A stretch of DNA of 64,000 bases from Sedimentisphaerales bacterium (GCA_963663805.2 CAXXMR010000009.1:448001-512000), one strand, 5' to 3'; shown: positions 45,588-55,614, counted from the first letter of the stretch. Notes: generated from the letters alone by a model not told the origin. Numbers and translations are program-made.

Positions 45588-45616
45588 TTGAACTTTTCAA
45601 AATTTTATGGTATATT
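45588..45616 (+). promoter_or_regulatory. Putative sigma70 promoter of the AraC gene
   Basis: TTGAAC-N17-TATATT with TGn extension, 7 nt before ATG 45624. Confidence 0.5.
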
Positions 45617-45623
45617 TTCAACA

Positions 45624-46439
45624 ATGAACCAGCCAGGCATTATAAATATCTCAGCCCAAGACCTGCCTCAAATCAAGCTTTCCGGCATTTTTGAACATCG
45701 CAAAGACTCTTTTGCCCGGCTCTACAAGGGAAATTACCATGCCCTGCACTATTACCTCTACGCTGGCAGCATAAAACTTGATAATCGAAACTACCATTTC
45801 CAACCCGGCGATATAACCATCACCGCCCCCGACATAGCCAGCCAGTATACCCTGGACCGCGATGGCCAACATCTCTGCCTCCACTTTGACCAGCCCGCCG
45901 GCTCGCTTAGCCTGGCTGAGTACATACCCTCAAGTCTGCTTCCTGCTGACAGCGTTGCCCAACTTCAAAATATCATCAGATACGCCTCGATGCCCAGTGA
46001 ATCGCAGCAGACCGGCAAGGCCCTGGCCTCCAATCTGCTCCACAGATTCCTGCTCGAACTTTTCAATTATCAGGCCAAGCCAACCCCCGCCCAAACCAAA
46101 TGCGAAAACGCTCTGCGTAAACTAATCGAATATATCGAGATGAACCTCGACCAAGATTTGACCATCCCCAGCCTCTCCCGAATCGCGGGCCTGAGCCAGA
46201 ACTACCTCGCCAAAAATTTCAAGGCAGCTTACGGCCAAACAATCAAAAATTATATCCTTAACCGACAAATTGAAAGAGCCTGCTACCTCCTTGACAACAC
46301 CACCATGCAAATCAAAGAAATAGCCTTCCAATCCGGTATAACCGACCCCCAGTATTTCAACAAACTCTTCAAATCAATCAAAAAAATCAGTCCCACCGCC
46401 TATAGAGACAGGGCTGGAGTTTTGCAATTGGCACGATAA
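45624..46439 (+). CDS. AraC-family transcriptional regulator
   Basis: C-terminal double HTH (IKEIAFQSGITDPQYFNKLFK...SPTAYR); divergent from the UroD-family gene. Confidence 0.92.
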   Translation: MNQPGIINISAQDLPQIKLSGIFEHRKDSFARLYKGNYHALHYYLYAGSIKLDNRNYHFQPGDITITAPDIASQYTLDRDGQHLCLHFDQPAGSLSLAEYIPSSLLPADSVAQLQNIIRYASMPSESQQTGKALASNLLHRFLLELFNYQAKPTPAQTKCENALRKLIEYIEMNLDQDLTIPSLSRIAGLSQNYLAKNFKAAYGQTIKNYILNRQIERACYLLDNTTMQIKEIAFQSGITDPQYFNKLFKSIKKISPTAYRDRAGVLQLAR

Positions 46440-46490
46440 GAAGGGGGTGACTGTCTGGATGAGTGCCCGTGAATGGGCGGGTTACTGCGC

Positions 46491-46530
46491 AAAAAAAATC
46501 CCGAACCAAGTTTGATTCGGGATTTTGTTG
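46491..46530. terminator. Bidirectional rho-independent terminator between convergent genes
   Basis: AAAATCCCGAA-loop-TTCGGGATTTT flanked by A and T runs. Confidence 0.8.
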
Positions 46531-46551
46531 TAAAAATGTACCGGCCGTTTT

Positions 46552-48429
46552 TTAGAACTGGAGCAGGAAGCTGTAGACATCGTCGTGTACTTCGCTGGTG
46601 ACCTTGGCGGCACTCTGTTTGAAGACTGCCTGCATGGCTCTATTGGCCCGGAGTACCTCGGCGGTGAATCCGGTGATACCATTGCGTTTGGCGATGGTGG
46701 CCAGGTGCTTGAGCAGGAAACTGCCGATACCGTGGTTCTGCCATTCGTCGCGGACGACGAAAGCGACCTCGGCGTGGTTGGTTTTTTTATCGACATAATA
46801 ACGACCGATAGCGATGATGTCCTCGCCATGTGCTTCGGGCAGAGTAGCGACGACGGCGACATCATTGCGATGGTCAACGTAAACAAATTCCTGAATCTGT
46901 TTATGGGGGAAGACCTTCATTTCCTTCATGAATCGGTAGTAAACCGTTTCCTGTGAGAGGGCATAGAACAGGTCTCGCATCCGTGGTTCGTCGGTGGGGT
47001 GTATGGACCGGAAATTAATCTGAGTACCATTATCCAGCACCATGTGTGTTTTGATGCTCTGGGGTCCGACGTGGATGTTACCATCGATTTCGCTGAATTC
47101 CTGACGGAGGTATTTGGATTCGATGGCCTGCTTGAGCAGCTTGGCGCGGAAATCAGGATGGGCAATACTAATCAGGGCCAATGCTCGTTCCTGAATGCTC
47201 TTGCCGTGGAGGTATGCCACTCCGTATTCGGTGACGACATAGTGGACATCGCCGCGGGTGGTGACAACACCGGCACCGGGGCTGAGATGGCAGGAGATTC
47301 TGGAGACGGTTCCGTTCTGGGCTGTCGAGGGCAGGGCGATGATGGCTTTGCCGCCGTCAGAGCGGGCTGCTCCGCGATTGAAATCCACCTGTCCGCCGAT
47401 CCCGCTGAAGAATTTGGTGCCGAGTGAATCGGAGCAAATCTGGCCGGTGAGGTCCACCTGCAAAGCGACGTTTATCGCGACCATTTTATTCTGCTGGCCG
47501 ATAATGTAGGGGTCGTTTACGTATTCGGTGGGGCGGAAATAAAAGGCGGGGTTATTGTCGATATAATCGTAGAGTTTTTTGGTTCCGAGGCAGAAGCTGG
47601 CGACGATACGTTTGCGGTCGATACTCTTACGGCTGCCGGTGACAGCACCGGATTCGATCATGTCGATAATAGCATCGGTAAACATTTCGGTATGGATACC
47701 GAGGTCTTTTTTGCTGCCGAGGAATTCAAGTACCGCCTGGGGGATACGTCCGATGCCGAGTTCGATGGTTGATCCGTCCTCAACGAGTGAGGCGACGTTT
47801 TCGCCGATAGCCCTGGTAACTTCGGTAACTTCCGGGGGCTGGACCTCCAGCAAGGGCTGGTCCACGGGGACGAGCATATCCATGTCATTAACGTGGAGGA
47901 AGCTGTCGCCCATGGTGCGGGGCATCTGGGGGTTTACTTCGGCGACGACAAAAGCGGCGTTTTCGGCGGCGCTTTTTACGATGTCGACACTGACGCCCAG
48001 GCTGCACATACCGCGTTCATCGGGGGGCGAGACCTGAATCAGAGCCGCGTCGAGGGGGAGCTGGCCGGAACTGAACAGGCGGGGAATATCGGAAAGAAAA
48101 ATCGGGGTGTAATCTCCGTATCCTTCCTGAATGAGGTCGCGTACGTTTTCAGCGATAAAGAAACTGTTCACGCGGAAATTATCGGCGAGTTCCTTGGTCG
48201 CATAGGGCGCGGCTCCCATGGTGAGCAGATGGACAACTTCGGTGTCGGCGAGGTCTTTGGCCCGGTCTGCCAGGGCATGAACAAGTTCCTGGGGCTGGCC
48301 GCAACCGGTGCCGACAAAGATTCTCTGGCCGGGCCTGATTTTGGCCACTGCCTGCTGGGACGTGCCTACCATATTGGCATATTTTTTCTGCCAATCTACG
48401 TCATAGTTTTTTTTCTTAATGTCGCTCAT
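46552..48429 (-). CDS. Acetyl-CoA hydrolase/CoA-transferase (4-hydroxybutyrate CoA-transferase-like) fused to a C-terminal GNAT acetyltransferase
   Basis: LGIHTE, SGIGGQVDF, VVTEYGVA, IAHPDFR; C-terminal AEVAFVVRDEWQNHGIGS. Confidence 0.9.
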   Translation of the reverse strand: MSDIKKKNYDVDWQKKYANMVGTSQQAVAKIRPGQRIFVGTGCGQPQELVHALADRAKDLADTEVVHLLTMGAAPYATKELADNFRVNSFFIAENVRDLIQEGYGDYTPIFLSDIPRLFSSGQLPLDAALIQVSPPDERGMCSLGVSVDIVKSAAENAAFVVAEVNPQMPRTMGDSFLHVNDMDMLVPVDQPLLEVQPPEVTEVTRAIGENVASLVEDGSTIELGIGRIPQAVLEFLGSKKDLGIHTEMFTDAIIDMIESGAVTGSRKSIDRKRIVASFCLGTKKLYDYIDNNPAFYFRPTEYVNDPYIIGQQNKMVAINVALQVDLTGQICSDSLGTKFFSGIGGQVDFNRGAARSDGGKAIIALPSTAQNGTVSRISCHLSPGAGVVTTRGDVHYVVTEYGVAYLHGKSIQERALALISIAHPDFRAKLLKQAIESKYLRQEFSEIDGNIHVGPQSIKTHMVLDNGTQINFRSIHPTDEPRMRDLFYALSQETVYYRFMKEMKVFPHKQIQEFVYVDHRNDVAVVATLPEAHGEDIIAIGRYYVDKKTNHAEVAFVVRDEWQNHGIGSFLLKHLATIAKRNGITGFTAEVLRANRAMQAVFKQSAAKVTSEVHDDVYSFLLQF

Positions 48430-48431
48430 AT

Positions 48432-50528
48432 CTATTTGCTATCTCCTGACAGAGTAATGCGTGCATCCGCCGCGGTGGGCTGAATTCCAGCCGGTCCGCA
48501 AATAAACGGGTTGATGTCCATTTCAACAATCTGGGGGAAGTCGGTGACCAACTGGCTCATCCGTTGCAAGCCGACCGCGATACCCTGCAAATCGACTCCG
48601 CTTTGGCCGCGTACGCCGGTCAGGAGTGAGTAGGACCGTGTGCCGCGCAACATCTGCATGGCTTCTTCGGCGGTGATGGGTGCCAAGTGGAAGGTTACGT
48701 CTTTCATTACTTCAACGAAAATGCCGCCCAGACCAAACATTAGCATAGGTCCAAACTGCGGGTCGCGAGTCATACCAATGATGATTTCGCGGCCTTTGGT
48801 GCACATTTTTTCAACGTATACACCTTCGATACGGGCTTCGGGCATCCGCTGTTTGATGCGGAGCATCATGAGGTCGTAGGCATCACGCACGGCAAAGCCG
48901 TTGACCAGATTGAGCTTAACGCCGCCCATATCCGATTTGTGGATGATGTCGGGCGAGACGATTTTCATGGCGACGGGGTAACCGATGGTTTCGCCGATGT
49001 CGCAGGCTTCATCGACGGTCATGGCGAAATCTCCCGGCGGGACATTGAAGTTATAGGCCCGGAGGATTTCCTTGGCTTTGACTTCGTTGACCTGAGTAAT
49101 ACCGCTGCGGAGATGGCGTGAGATGATACGCTCGACGCGACGCCGATTAACAGGGAAGCGGGTTACGATACGCGGGGGGCGGTTGCGCCAGGAAATGTAG
49201 TCATACATGGCTTTCAGGGCCGCGACAGCTCGCTCCGGGGCGGGATAGTCGGGACAGTCGTGGGCGACCAGATATTCACGGCCGGGCTTGACATCTTCGC
49301 CGCCCATAAAGCAGGTGAGGATGGGCTTACTGCCTTTGCGGTCGGCAACGGCCTTGGCAATGTTGGCATGGTCGGTCATGGCCTGGGGGGTAATCAGGAC
49401 AACAATGGCATCCACAACCTCATCGGCTAACGCCGCATCGAGGGCCCATTCGTAGGCTTCGCTGGTGGCGTCGCCGAGTACGTCGATGGGGTTGCCGACA
49501 CTGGCGGCGGCGGGGAGCTTGGCGGCCAGGGGCTTCATGAGACTTTCGGTAAGCTGGACCACTTCGAGGCCGGAATTTTCGATGGCATCAGCAGCCATAA
49601 TACCAGGTCCGCCCGCGTTGGTTACGATGGCAACACGTTTGCCGGCCGGTAGGGGCATCATGGCAAAAGCGGTGGCATAGTCAAAGAGTGATTCGAAAGT
49701 TTCGGCTCGAATAACGCCGGAACGCATAAACGCGGCACCATAGGCGATGTCGGCACCTGCCAGCGAACCGGTGTGCGAAGAGGCGGCCTTTTGACCTGCC
49801 GAGCTGGTGCCAGCCTTAAAGATGATTACCGGTTTGACCATAGCGGCAGCTTCGGCGGCTTTGATGAAATCGTCACCGTCGAGGATGCTTTCGAGATAGC
49901 CGGCGATTACCGTGGTTTGTTTATCTTCAGCCAGAGCCTGAATAAAATGGGTTTCGTTGAGTTCGGCTTTGTTGCCGATAGAAAGCATTTTGCCTAAACC
50001 GATTTTTCGTTCGGCGGACCAGTCGAGAATGGCGGTCGCCAGAGCCCCGGACTGGGACAAAACCGAAATGCTGCCGGGAGTGGGCATTTTCTTGGCGAAC
50101 GAGGCGTTCATGCTGTTATCGGAATTAATCAGACCGAGACAGTTTGGCCCCATCAGACGGATGCCTTTGCTGCGGCAGAAATCGGCCAGGTCTTTTTCCA
50201 TTTTGGCACCTTCGCCGCCGATTTCCTTGAATCCGGCAGTGATAACTATCATCGCTTTGGCGCCGGCCTGTGCGGAGGCTTCAGCGGCAGCTTTGACAAA
50301 TTTGGTGGGGATGGAAACAATGCTGAGATCGATTTTTTTACCGTAAGTTTTCAGGTCCGGATAGCATTTGAGTCCCAGAACTTCATCGGCCGAAGGATTA
50401 ATCGGCACGATTTCGCCCTTAAAGCCGCCTTCTTTGAGATTGGCGGTGATTTCATAGCCAACCTTGCCGGGGGTACGAGAAGCCCCTATGACGGCCACCG
50501 TTTCCGGATACATTAGAGATTCTAGCAT
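48432..50528 (-). CDS. Acetate-CoA ligase (ADP-forming), fused alpha/beta
   Basis: VAVIGAS, GPNCLG, SHTGSLAG, TNAGGPG, NPIDVLGDA, HKSDMGGV, DPQFGP, DINP. Confidence 0.9.
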   Translation of the reverse strand: MLESLMYPETVAVIGASRTPGKVGYEITANLKEGGFKGEIVPINPSADEVLGLKCYPDLKTYGKKIDLSIVSIPTKFVKAAAEASAQAGAKAMIVITAGFKEIGGEGAKMEKDLADFCRSKGIRLMGPNCLGLINSDNSMNASFAKKMPTPGSISVLSQSGALATAILDWSAERKIGLGKMLSIGNKAELNETHFIQALAEDKQTTVIAGYLESILDGDDFIKAAEAAAMVKPVIIFKAGTSSAGQKAASSHTGSLAGADIAYGAAFMRSGVIRAETFESLFDYATAFAMMPLPAGKRVAIVTNAGGPGIMAADAIENSGLEVVQLTESLMKPLAAKLPAAASVGNPIDVLGDATSEAYEWALDAALADEVVDAIVVLITPQAMTDHANIAKAVADRKGSKPILTCFMGGEDVKPGREYLVAHDCPDYPAPERAVAALKAMYDYISWRNRPPRIVTRFPVNRRRVERIISRHLRSGITQVNEVKAKEILRAYNFNVPPGDFAMTVDEACDIGETIGYPVAMKIVSPDIIHKSDMGGVKLNLVNGFAVRDAYDLMMLRIKQRMPEARIEGVYVEKMCTKGREIIIGMTRDPQFGPMLMFGLGGIFVEVMKDVTFHLAPITAEEAMQMLRGTRSYSLLTGVRGQSGVDLQGIAVGLQRMSQLVTDFPQIVEMDINPFICGPAGIQPTAADARITLSGDSK

Positions 50529-51011
50529 TGGTTTTGTGTTCCCTTACTGATGGTTTATGAGGACGTTTGGGTCCTTTTTCCTATTCCCCCAATCAACCTT
50601 ATACCTTTTAAGGCTGTGAATACTCCTACGTCACATCGGCTCTAAGTTTGCCTAACTTTTCACTAAGTGGCAAGTTTTTTTTTAATTTCCGGTCAATTTT
50701 TCTCGATTTTTAAAGTTTATTTTATAACGTTGTTACGTAGTTCACATCAAGGTGCTATTTTCGTCATAATTTTGTGCCCTGGGCGAAACTATACTATTAA
50801 TATCGACATAAAACGATTTTGTTCGTTTGTTATTCTGGGCCGACATGGTAAAAATATCCATCTGAAGCATGGGTAATTAACACAGATTGCCTTAACTTAA
50901 AGCGTTGACAGGGGGGGGATTTGCGGTTAAAGATAGGCACTGCGGCGAGGTTGTCGGACCATAACCCCGCCGAAAATGAATGGCCCCCAGGTACTGAAAG
51001 GGAAAATATCC

Positions 51012-52607
51012 GTGAAGCAGTTGCGTACCCCCAGTAAGTCTGTAAAGTTATATCTCATTGCTATGTTGGCAGTTACATCGGTCGTGCTTTTTTTTGGCTG
51101 TGATAAGTCGCCCGAAGCTGAAGCTGCGGCCCAGGCATCCGATTCGGTTGACAAGGCCCAGCGGTTGATTCGTTCGACCGAGCAGGAAATGGCCATGACC
51201 GAAAGCGAAGCTGAAAGGGCGGTTGACTCCGGCGAAAACGGTAATAAAGCCTTAGCCAGCCAGATTGTTAATCGCCGGGAAAAAGAACTCGGAATAGTGC
51301 CGGCTGATGAGGTCGTCGCGGAAATTACCAGGCTGGTTGCCGAAGCGGGCCAGTCGCCGCAGGATGCACGCAAACTGGCGGCGGCTTTGGAAGGTTCTGT
51401 CAATGAGCTGCTGGCCTCCTTTGAGAAGGACAGTGAGCTGTCCGGACAAAGTAAGCTGGACCGACTGGCCAAAGCGGAAAAGATTTTGAAAGAAGCCTCC
51501 AGCCGGGCTCTGGCCAGTGCTTATAATGAGGCGAAAGTCGCGCCGGAATTGCTGCTGGGAACGATAAGTCAGGTCCGGGCGGAATATTATTTGCGTCAGA
51601 TGCATCAGAAGGAAATGGAAATCCAGGGACTTCATATTGATTTGGCAATGCTGGCGGGGGAGATAAGTCGGGAAAAAGCGGTTGCTTATGCGGCTGGTAC
51701 TTTCAGTACGGAAAAATCTGAAGAAACCGTCGCGGCCCGCCTGGAAGGTGATGCCGCCGGCAGTGACGCTTCAGCGGGCTTGAAGAAACGCCTGGCGGCT
51801 GTCGAGACGAAAATTGCCGAACAGCAAAAAGAACGTGACGGACTGGCCGCGAAAATCAAAACGCATGATGACAAGGCCCGTCAAATCCATAGCGATTATC
51901 TGGAACTTCTGAACCAGGCTGACAAGGCTCAGGGCAACAAAGTTTATGAGTTGCGTCAGCAGGCCTACTCGCTGAAATCGGGGACACTACCTGACGGCAG
52001 CGACGGCGGGATTTATCATGAGGCTCAATCAGAACTGCTTCAGTCGGAACTTGATGTTTGCGAAAGTCGCTTGCAATATGAAAAGATTCGGCGCGAGCAG
52101 CTTCAAAAGCAAATCGCTTCGATAAACAAAACTATCGAAAGCCTGAAAAATAATCCTATCAACGAAACCGCTCAGGAAATGCTGCAACAGAGCAAACAGC
52201 AGCAGGCGGAACTGCTTTCGTCTCTGAGCGTGAAAATGGATGCTCTCAAGGTCGCTGAGGACACCTACAGTGCTTTGCGGGTGCAGGCGGTGGCTGATTA
52301 TAACAATGCTATAAACTCGTTTACGAAGGTATCCAGGGCGGGCAATGATTCAAGGGCCTACGGGCGTGATTTGGCTACGGCGATTAAGCTAAAGCTCAGC
52401 AATCCTGAATACGGCCAGCCGGACCAGGCGGCGGGCCTGTGGCAAAAAGATGCCGAACATTATCGCGGTGGGGCGGGGGCGATGGGGCTTCTGGAAGATA
52501 TTGAGGAAGTGGCCGATAAAGCCAACGAACTGAAAACTTCTTATGAACAGCAGGCATTGCAGGCTGAGCAGAGCGCCGCGGCAGCTGAGACTAACGCGGC
52601 TATCTAA
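51012..52607 (+). CDS. Coiled-coil lipoprotein of unknown function
   Basis: Lipobox FFGC; long helical, A/E/Q/K-rich sequence. GTG 51012 follows GAAAGGGA. Confidence 0.75.
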   Translation: MKQLRTPSKSVKLYLIAMLAVTSVVLFFGCDKSPEAEAAAQASDSVDKAQRLIRSTEQEMAMTESEAERAVDSGENGNKALASQIVNRREKELGIVPADEVVAEITRLVAEAGQSPQDARKLAAALEGSVNELLASFEKDSELSGQSKLDRLAKAEKILKEASSRALASAYNEAKVAPELLLGTISQVRAEYYLRQMHQKEMEIQGLHIDLAMLAGEISREKAVAYAAGTFSTEKSEETVAARLEGDAAGSDASAGLKKRLAAVETKIAEQQKERDGLAAKIKTHDDKARQIHSDYLELLNQADKAQGNKVYELRQQAYSLKSGTLPDGSDGGIYHEAQSELLQSELDVCESRLQYEKIRREQLQKQIASINKTIESLKNNPINETAQEMLQQSKQQQAELLSSLSVKMDALKVAEDTYSALRVQAVADYNNAINSFTKVSRAGNDSRAYGRDLATAIKLKLSNPEYGQPDQAAGLWQKDAEHYRGGAGAMGLLEDIEEVADKANELKTSYEQQALQAEQSAAAAETNAAI

Positions 52608-52625
52608 GGCCGGGATTGCTAAGCG

Positions 52626-53564
52626 ATGGCTGCTGATATGCTGTTGATAATGGGGTGCACCGCCAGCGGAAAAAGTTCACTGGCGTTCAGTCTGGCCCAG
52701 CGGTTGGGCGGGGAAATAATCAGTATTGATTCGATGAAAGTTTATCGCCGAATGGATATTGGTACAGCTAAGCCTTCGGCGGATAGGCTGGCGGCGGTTA
52801 AACATCATCTGATAGATGTGGTCGAGCCGAGTGAATCATTTTCTATGGGGAAATTTATCGAATTGGCTGACAAGGCCATCGCGGAATTACAACAGGCTCA
52901 ACGTCCGATAATCGCAGCAGGGGGGACACCGATGTATATCAGGGGGCTATTGGAAGGTATATTCGATGGGCCCGGTGCGGATGCGGAAATTCGCGAACGA
53001 ATCAAAATGGAGCTGGATGAACGAGGGCCGGAAGCTATGTATCAGCGACTGGCGGAGATTGACCCTGAGGCCGCGCGGAAGATACACCTAAATGACAGCC
53101 GGCGGATAATTCGGGCCCTGGAGGTTTACGAGCTGACCGGTAAGCCGATTTCTTCATTTCATACGCATTTTCGGTCGGGAAACTATCGCTATCCCTGGCA
53201 GCTCATCGGGCTGAGATGGGAAAAGGAAATCGGCAACCGGCGAATCAACGCCCGTGTCAAAAAGATGGTTCAGGATGGCTTGGTCGGCGAGGTCGAGTCT
53301 TTGCTGGCTGAACCCGAACCGCTAAGCGAACAGGCCGCCGTAGCACTGGGTTACGCCGAAATAATAGAACATCTGCAAGGCAAAATTTCGCTGGAAGATG
53401 CCGTTGAGAGGGTCAAAATAAATAGCCGGCGTTTTGCTAAGGGCCAGCGGACCTGGTATCGTTCCTTTGTCGGGGTGAACTGGATAGACCTGCAAGAGTC
53501 AGATACCGCTGATTCGATCGCTGATCGCTTAATCGCCGAAAGTCGTTATTTTAAAGGGAATTAG
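52626..53564 (+). CDS. miaA: tRNA (adenosine(37)-N6)-dimethylallyltransferase
   Basis: GCTASGKS, DSMKVYRRMDIGTAKP, GGTPMY, RIIRALEV, AKGQRTW. Confidence 0.97.
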   Translation: MAADMLLIMGCTASGKSSLAFSLAQRLGGEIISIDSMKVYRRMDIGTAKPSADRLAAVKHHLIDVVEPSESFSMGKFIELADKAIAELQQAQRPIIAAGGTPMYIRGLLEGIFDGPGADAEIRERIKMELDERGPEAMYQRLAEIDPEAARKIHLNDSRRIIRALEVYELTGKPISSFHTHFRSGNYRYPWQLIGLRWEKEIGNRRINARVKKMVQDGLVGEVESLLAEPEPLSEQAAVALGYAEIIEHLQGKISLEDAVERVKINSRRFAKGQRTWYRSFVGVNWIDLQESDTADSIADRLIAESRYFKGN

Positions 53565-53587
53565 CTTTTGATGCCCCTACCCGTCCA

Positions 53588-53615
53588 ATGCAACATAATA
53601 TATATTATCGGACGT
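53588..53615 (-). other. dif site (XerC/XerD chromosome dimer resolution site)
   Basis: Minus strand ACGTCCGATAA-TATATA-TTATGTTGCAT: 11-6-11 layout like E. coli GGTGCGCATAA-TGTATA-TTATGTTAAAT; intergenic between convergent genes. Confidence 0.85.
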
Positions 53616-53796
53616 TGGGTGGGGTGGTAGAACGTCATGATTACGTCGCGATTTTGGTTTTTTGAGGCGTGGATTACCCCTGAAAGCAGCGCAAAACTGC
53701 CTGCTTTTTAACAAAACGACGGATTTTAACGCGTTTTTTTGAAAAAATTCAGAAAAAATCACGTTTTAATCCCGTTTGGAGAACTTTACGGCTGTT

Positions 53797-54075
53797 TTAC
53801 TTTGCTTTTGACTGTTTGAGCCAGTCTTCCAGATTTAGGGCCAGGGTCTTAACATCTCTTTTTCGCATGATGTGTTCGTGGATTTCTTTTTTGACCTTTA
53901 GCTGGGTCATGGCTTTTTCGACACGCTCCCAGAGTTTGTCTTCTTTGTTGGTGTTCATGGCCAGGTATAATTCGGTGACCAGTTCCTGTAGTTTCTGTAA
54001 AGCTATGGTGTCGATGTTCTCGTAGTAACGCCCGATAACCTTTTGCTGGTAGGCGGAGTAGTTTTTTGCTGCCAT
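53797..54075 (-). CDS. Conserved small hypothetical protein
   Basis: 92 aa helical ORF (YQQKVIGRYYEN...LQELVTELYLA) closing the purC operon. Confidence 0.75.
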   Translation of the reverse strand: MAAKNYSAYQQKVIGRYYENIDTIALQKLQELVTELYLAMNTNKEDKLWERVEKAMTQLKVKKEIHEHIMRKRDVKTLALNLEDWLKQSKAK

Positions 54076-54079
54076 TAGG

Positions 54080-55252
54080 TCAAACCTTTGCTAATTTGCG
54101 TAAAATCATCAAAATTATCGCGATTATGAGTGAAATCAGGAATCCTATCCAGCCTAAATTGAGGATGGGGGCAATTCCGATTCGCTCTGCCAGGGGGGCC
54201 ATGGCTAATGTAATCACGCAGGCGATTCCCCATGAACCGCCCAGGGCCAGGCCCATACGGGCCCCGAGGTTTAGTCCGCGGGCGCCGCGGGCCATAGTAA
54301 CCATCATGGAAAACACGCCCATGCACCCCCCTGTGGCGACCATCAGAATTATGGACCAGCGCTGGTCCATAAAATGCAGATAGGAGATCAACAGAGGGAC
54401 GCCCAGGGCAAGGCCGATGGTAACACTAAGCATATATCCGATGCGTTCGCCGAGCCGGGCCCAGATAAATGAGCCGACCACCTGTCCCAGTCCGGCAAAA
54501 AGAATAACCTTGCCGCCCAGGGTCAGTTCAAAGCCTAGTTCTTCCAGTCGGCTGGGTATCAAGGCCATCATTAGTGCCGTGGCGGTGGTTATAGGAATGG
54601 CCAGGAACCATACCGGCCAGAAGGGCCATTGGTTGATTTGCGGCGTTGAATCGGCTTGCTGCTGTTTATTCTCGACGGCTAATCTTATCTTGAAAATAAA
54701 CAACAACACCATTGAAATCACCGGTGCCGCCAGCAGCCATAACAGGCTGCTTAGCCCCCAGGAACTGACCAGGAGCGTAGAGAGGTACCCCCCCGCCGCA
54801 TAGCCGACGAAACCACTGGTGATAAAAACCGCGGTTGATGTCGATGGCTTAATGCGTTTGACGGTATGGACTGAGCGCAATCCTTCGGGATGCAAAACGG
54901 CTATGCCTATACCGCTCAGAAGCGCCAAGCCGAACAGGGCTACCGAACCGATGGTTCCCGCGGGCAATAACCCCATAAAGCACAATGCCCCGGATAAGGA
55001 CAGGCCCAGAGGGATAAACAGCATCTTGCGTTGACGGGCGCGCATATGGCCTGTCATCACCTGAAAGGCGTTGGAGGAAATTGTCAGCGTCGCCAGCAGG
55101 GCCATTGCCATGGTCAGGGACATGCCGAATGTTTCACGTATAACGGGGATGAGCGGCGGAATCAGGCCGGAAAAAACATCCGCGCTGGAGTGGGCCGAGG
55201 CGAGAGTGAGTAATTTGCCCCATTGTAAGCGGGTGCCGCGTTGCCCCGGCAT
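54080..55252 (-). CDS. MFS transporter (Fsr-like)
   Basis: Hydrophobic 12-TM pattern; AHSSAD and LHPEG motifs. Confidence 0.85.
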   Translation of the reverse strand: MPGQRGTRLQWGKLLTLASAHSSADVFSGLIPPLIPVIRETFGMSLTMAMALLATLTISSNAFQVMTGHMRARQRKMLFIPLGLSLSGALCFMGLLPAGTIGSVALFGLALLSGIGIAVLHPEGLRSVHTVKRIKPSTSTAVFITSGFVGYAAGGYLSTLLVSSWGLSSLLWLLAAPVISMVLLFIFKIRLAVENKQQQADSTPQINQWPFWPVWFLAIPITTATALMMALIPSRLEELGFELTLGGKVILFAGLGQVVGSFIWARLGERIGYMLSVTIGLALGVPLLISYLHFMDQRWSIILMVATGGCMGVFSMMVTMARGARGLNLGARMGLALGGSWGIACVITLAMAPLAERIGIAPILNLGWIGFLISLIIAIILMILRKLAKV

Positions 55253-55605
55253 CAGGCTTTGTACCTGCCCCGATATTTATCGGCGGGGTATTTTTCGGCG
55301 TTGCGTTTCATCTTGGCAAAAAACGCGTCGCTGAGGTCTATATCCAACACGTAAGCGAGATTGAGCAGATAGGCAAGAACGTCAGAAATTTCCTCCCTCA
55401 CCAGCTGCAACTGTTCGGGGTCGTCAGCCACCTCACGTGACTGTTGTTCGGAAATCCACTGAAAATGCTCCATGAGTTCGGCTGCTTCAATGGCGGTGCC
55501 CATGGCAAGATTCTTGGGCGAATGAAACTGGGCCCAGTCTCGCTGAGTCTGAAACTTGGCGACTTCACGTATCATTTCTGCAATGGTGGTTTTATTATCA
55601 GGCAT
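55252..55605 (-). CDS. MazG-like nucleotide pyrophosphohydrolase (dCTP pyrophosphatase family)
   Basis: RDWAQFHSPKNLAM...EAAELMEHFQW...EEISDV...KYP. Real start is probably ATG 55605; the ORF extension upstream is repeat DNA. Confidence 0.9.
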   Translation of the reverse strand: MPDNKTTIAEMIREVAKFQTQRDWAQFHSPKNLAMGTAIEAAELMEHFQWISEQQSREVADDPEQLQLVREEISDVLAYLLNLAYVLDIDLSDAFFAKMKRNAEKYPADKYRGRYKA

Positions 55606-55614
55606 TATATTATA

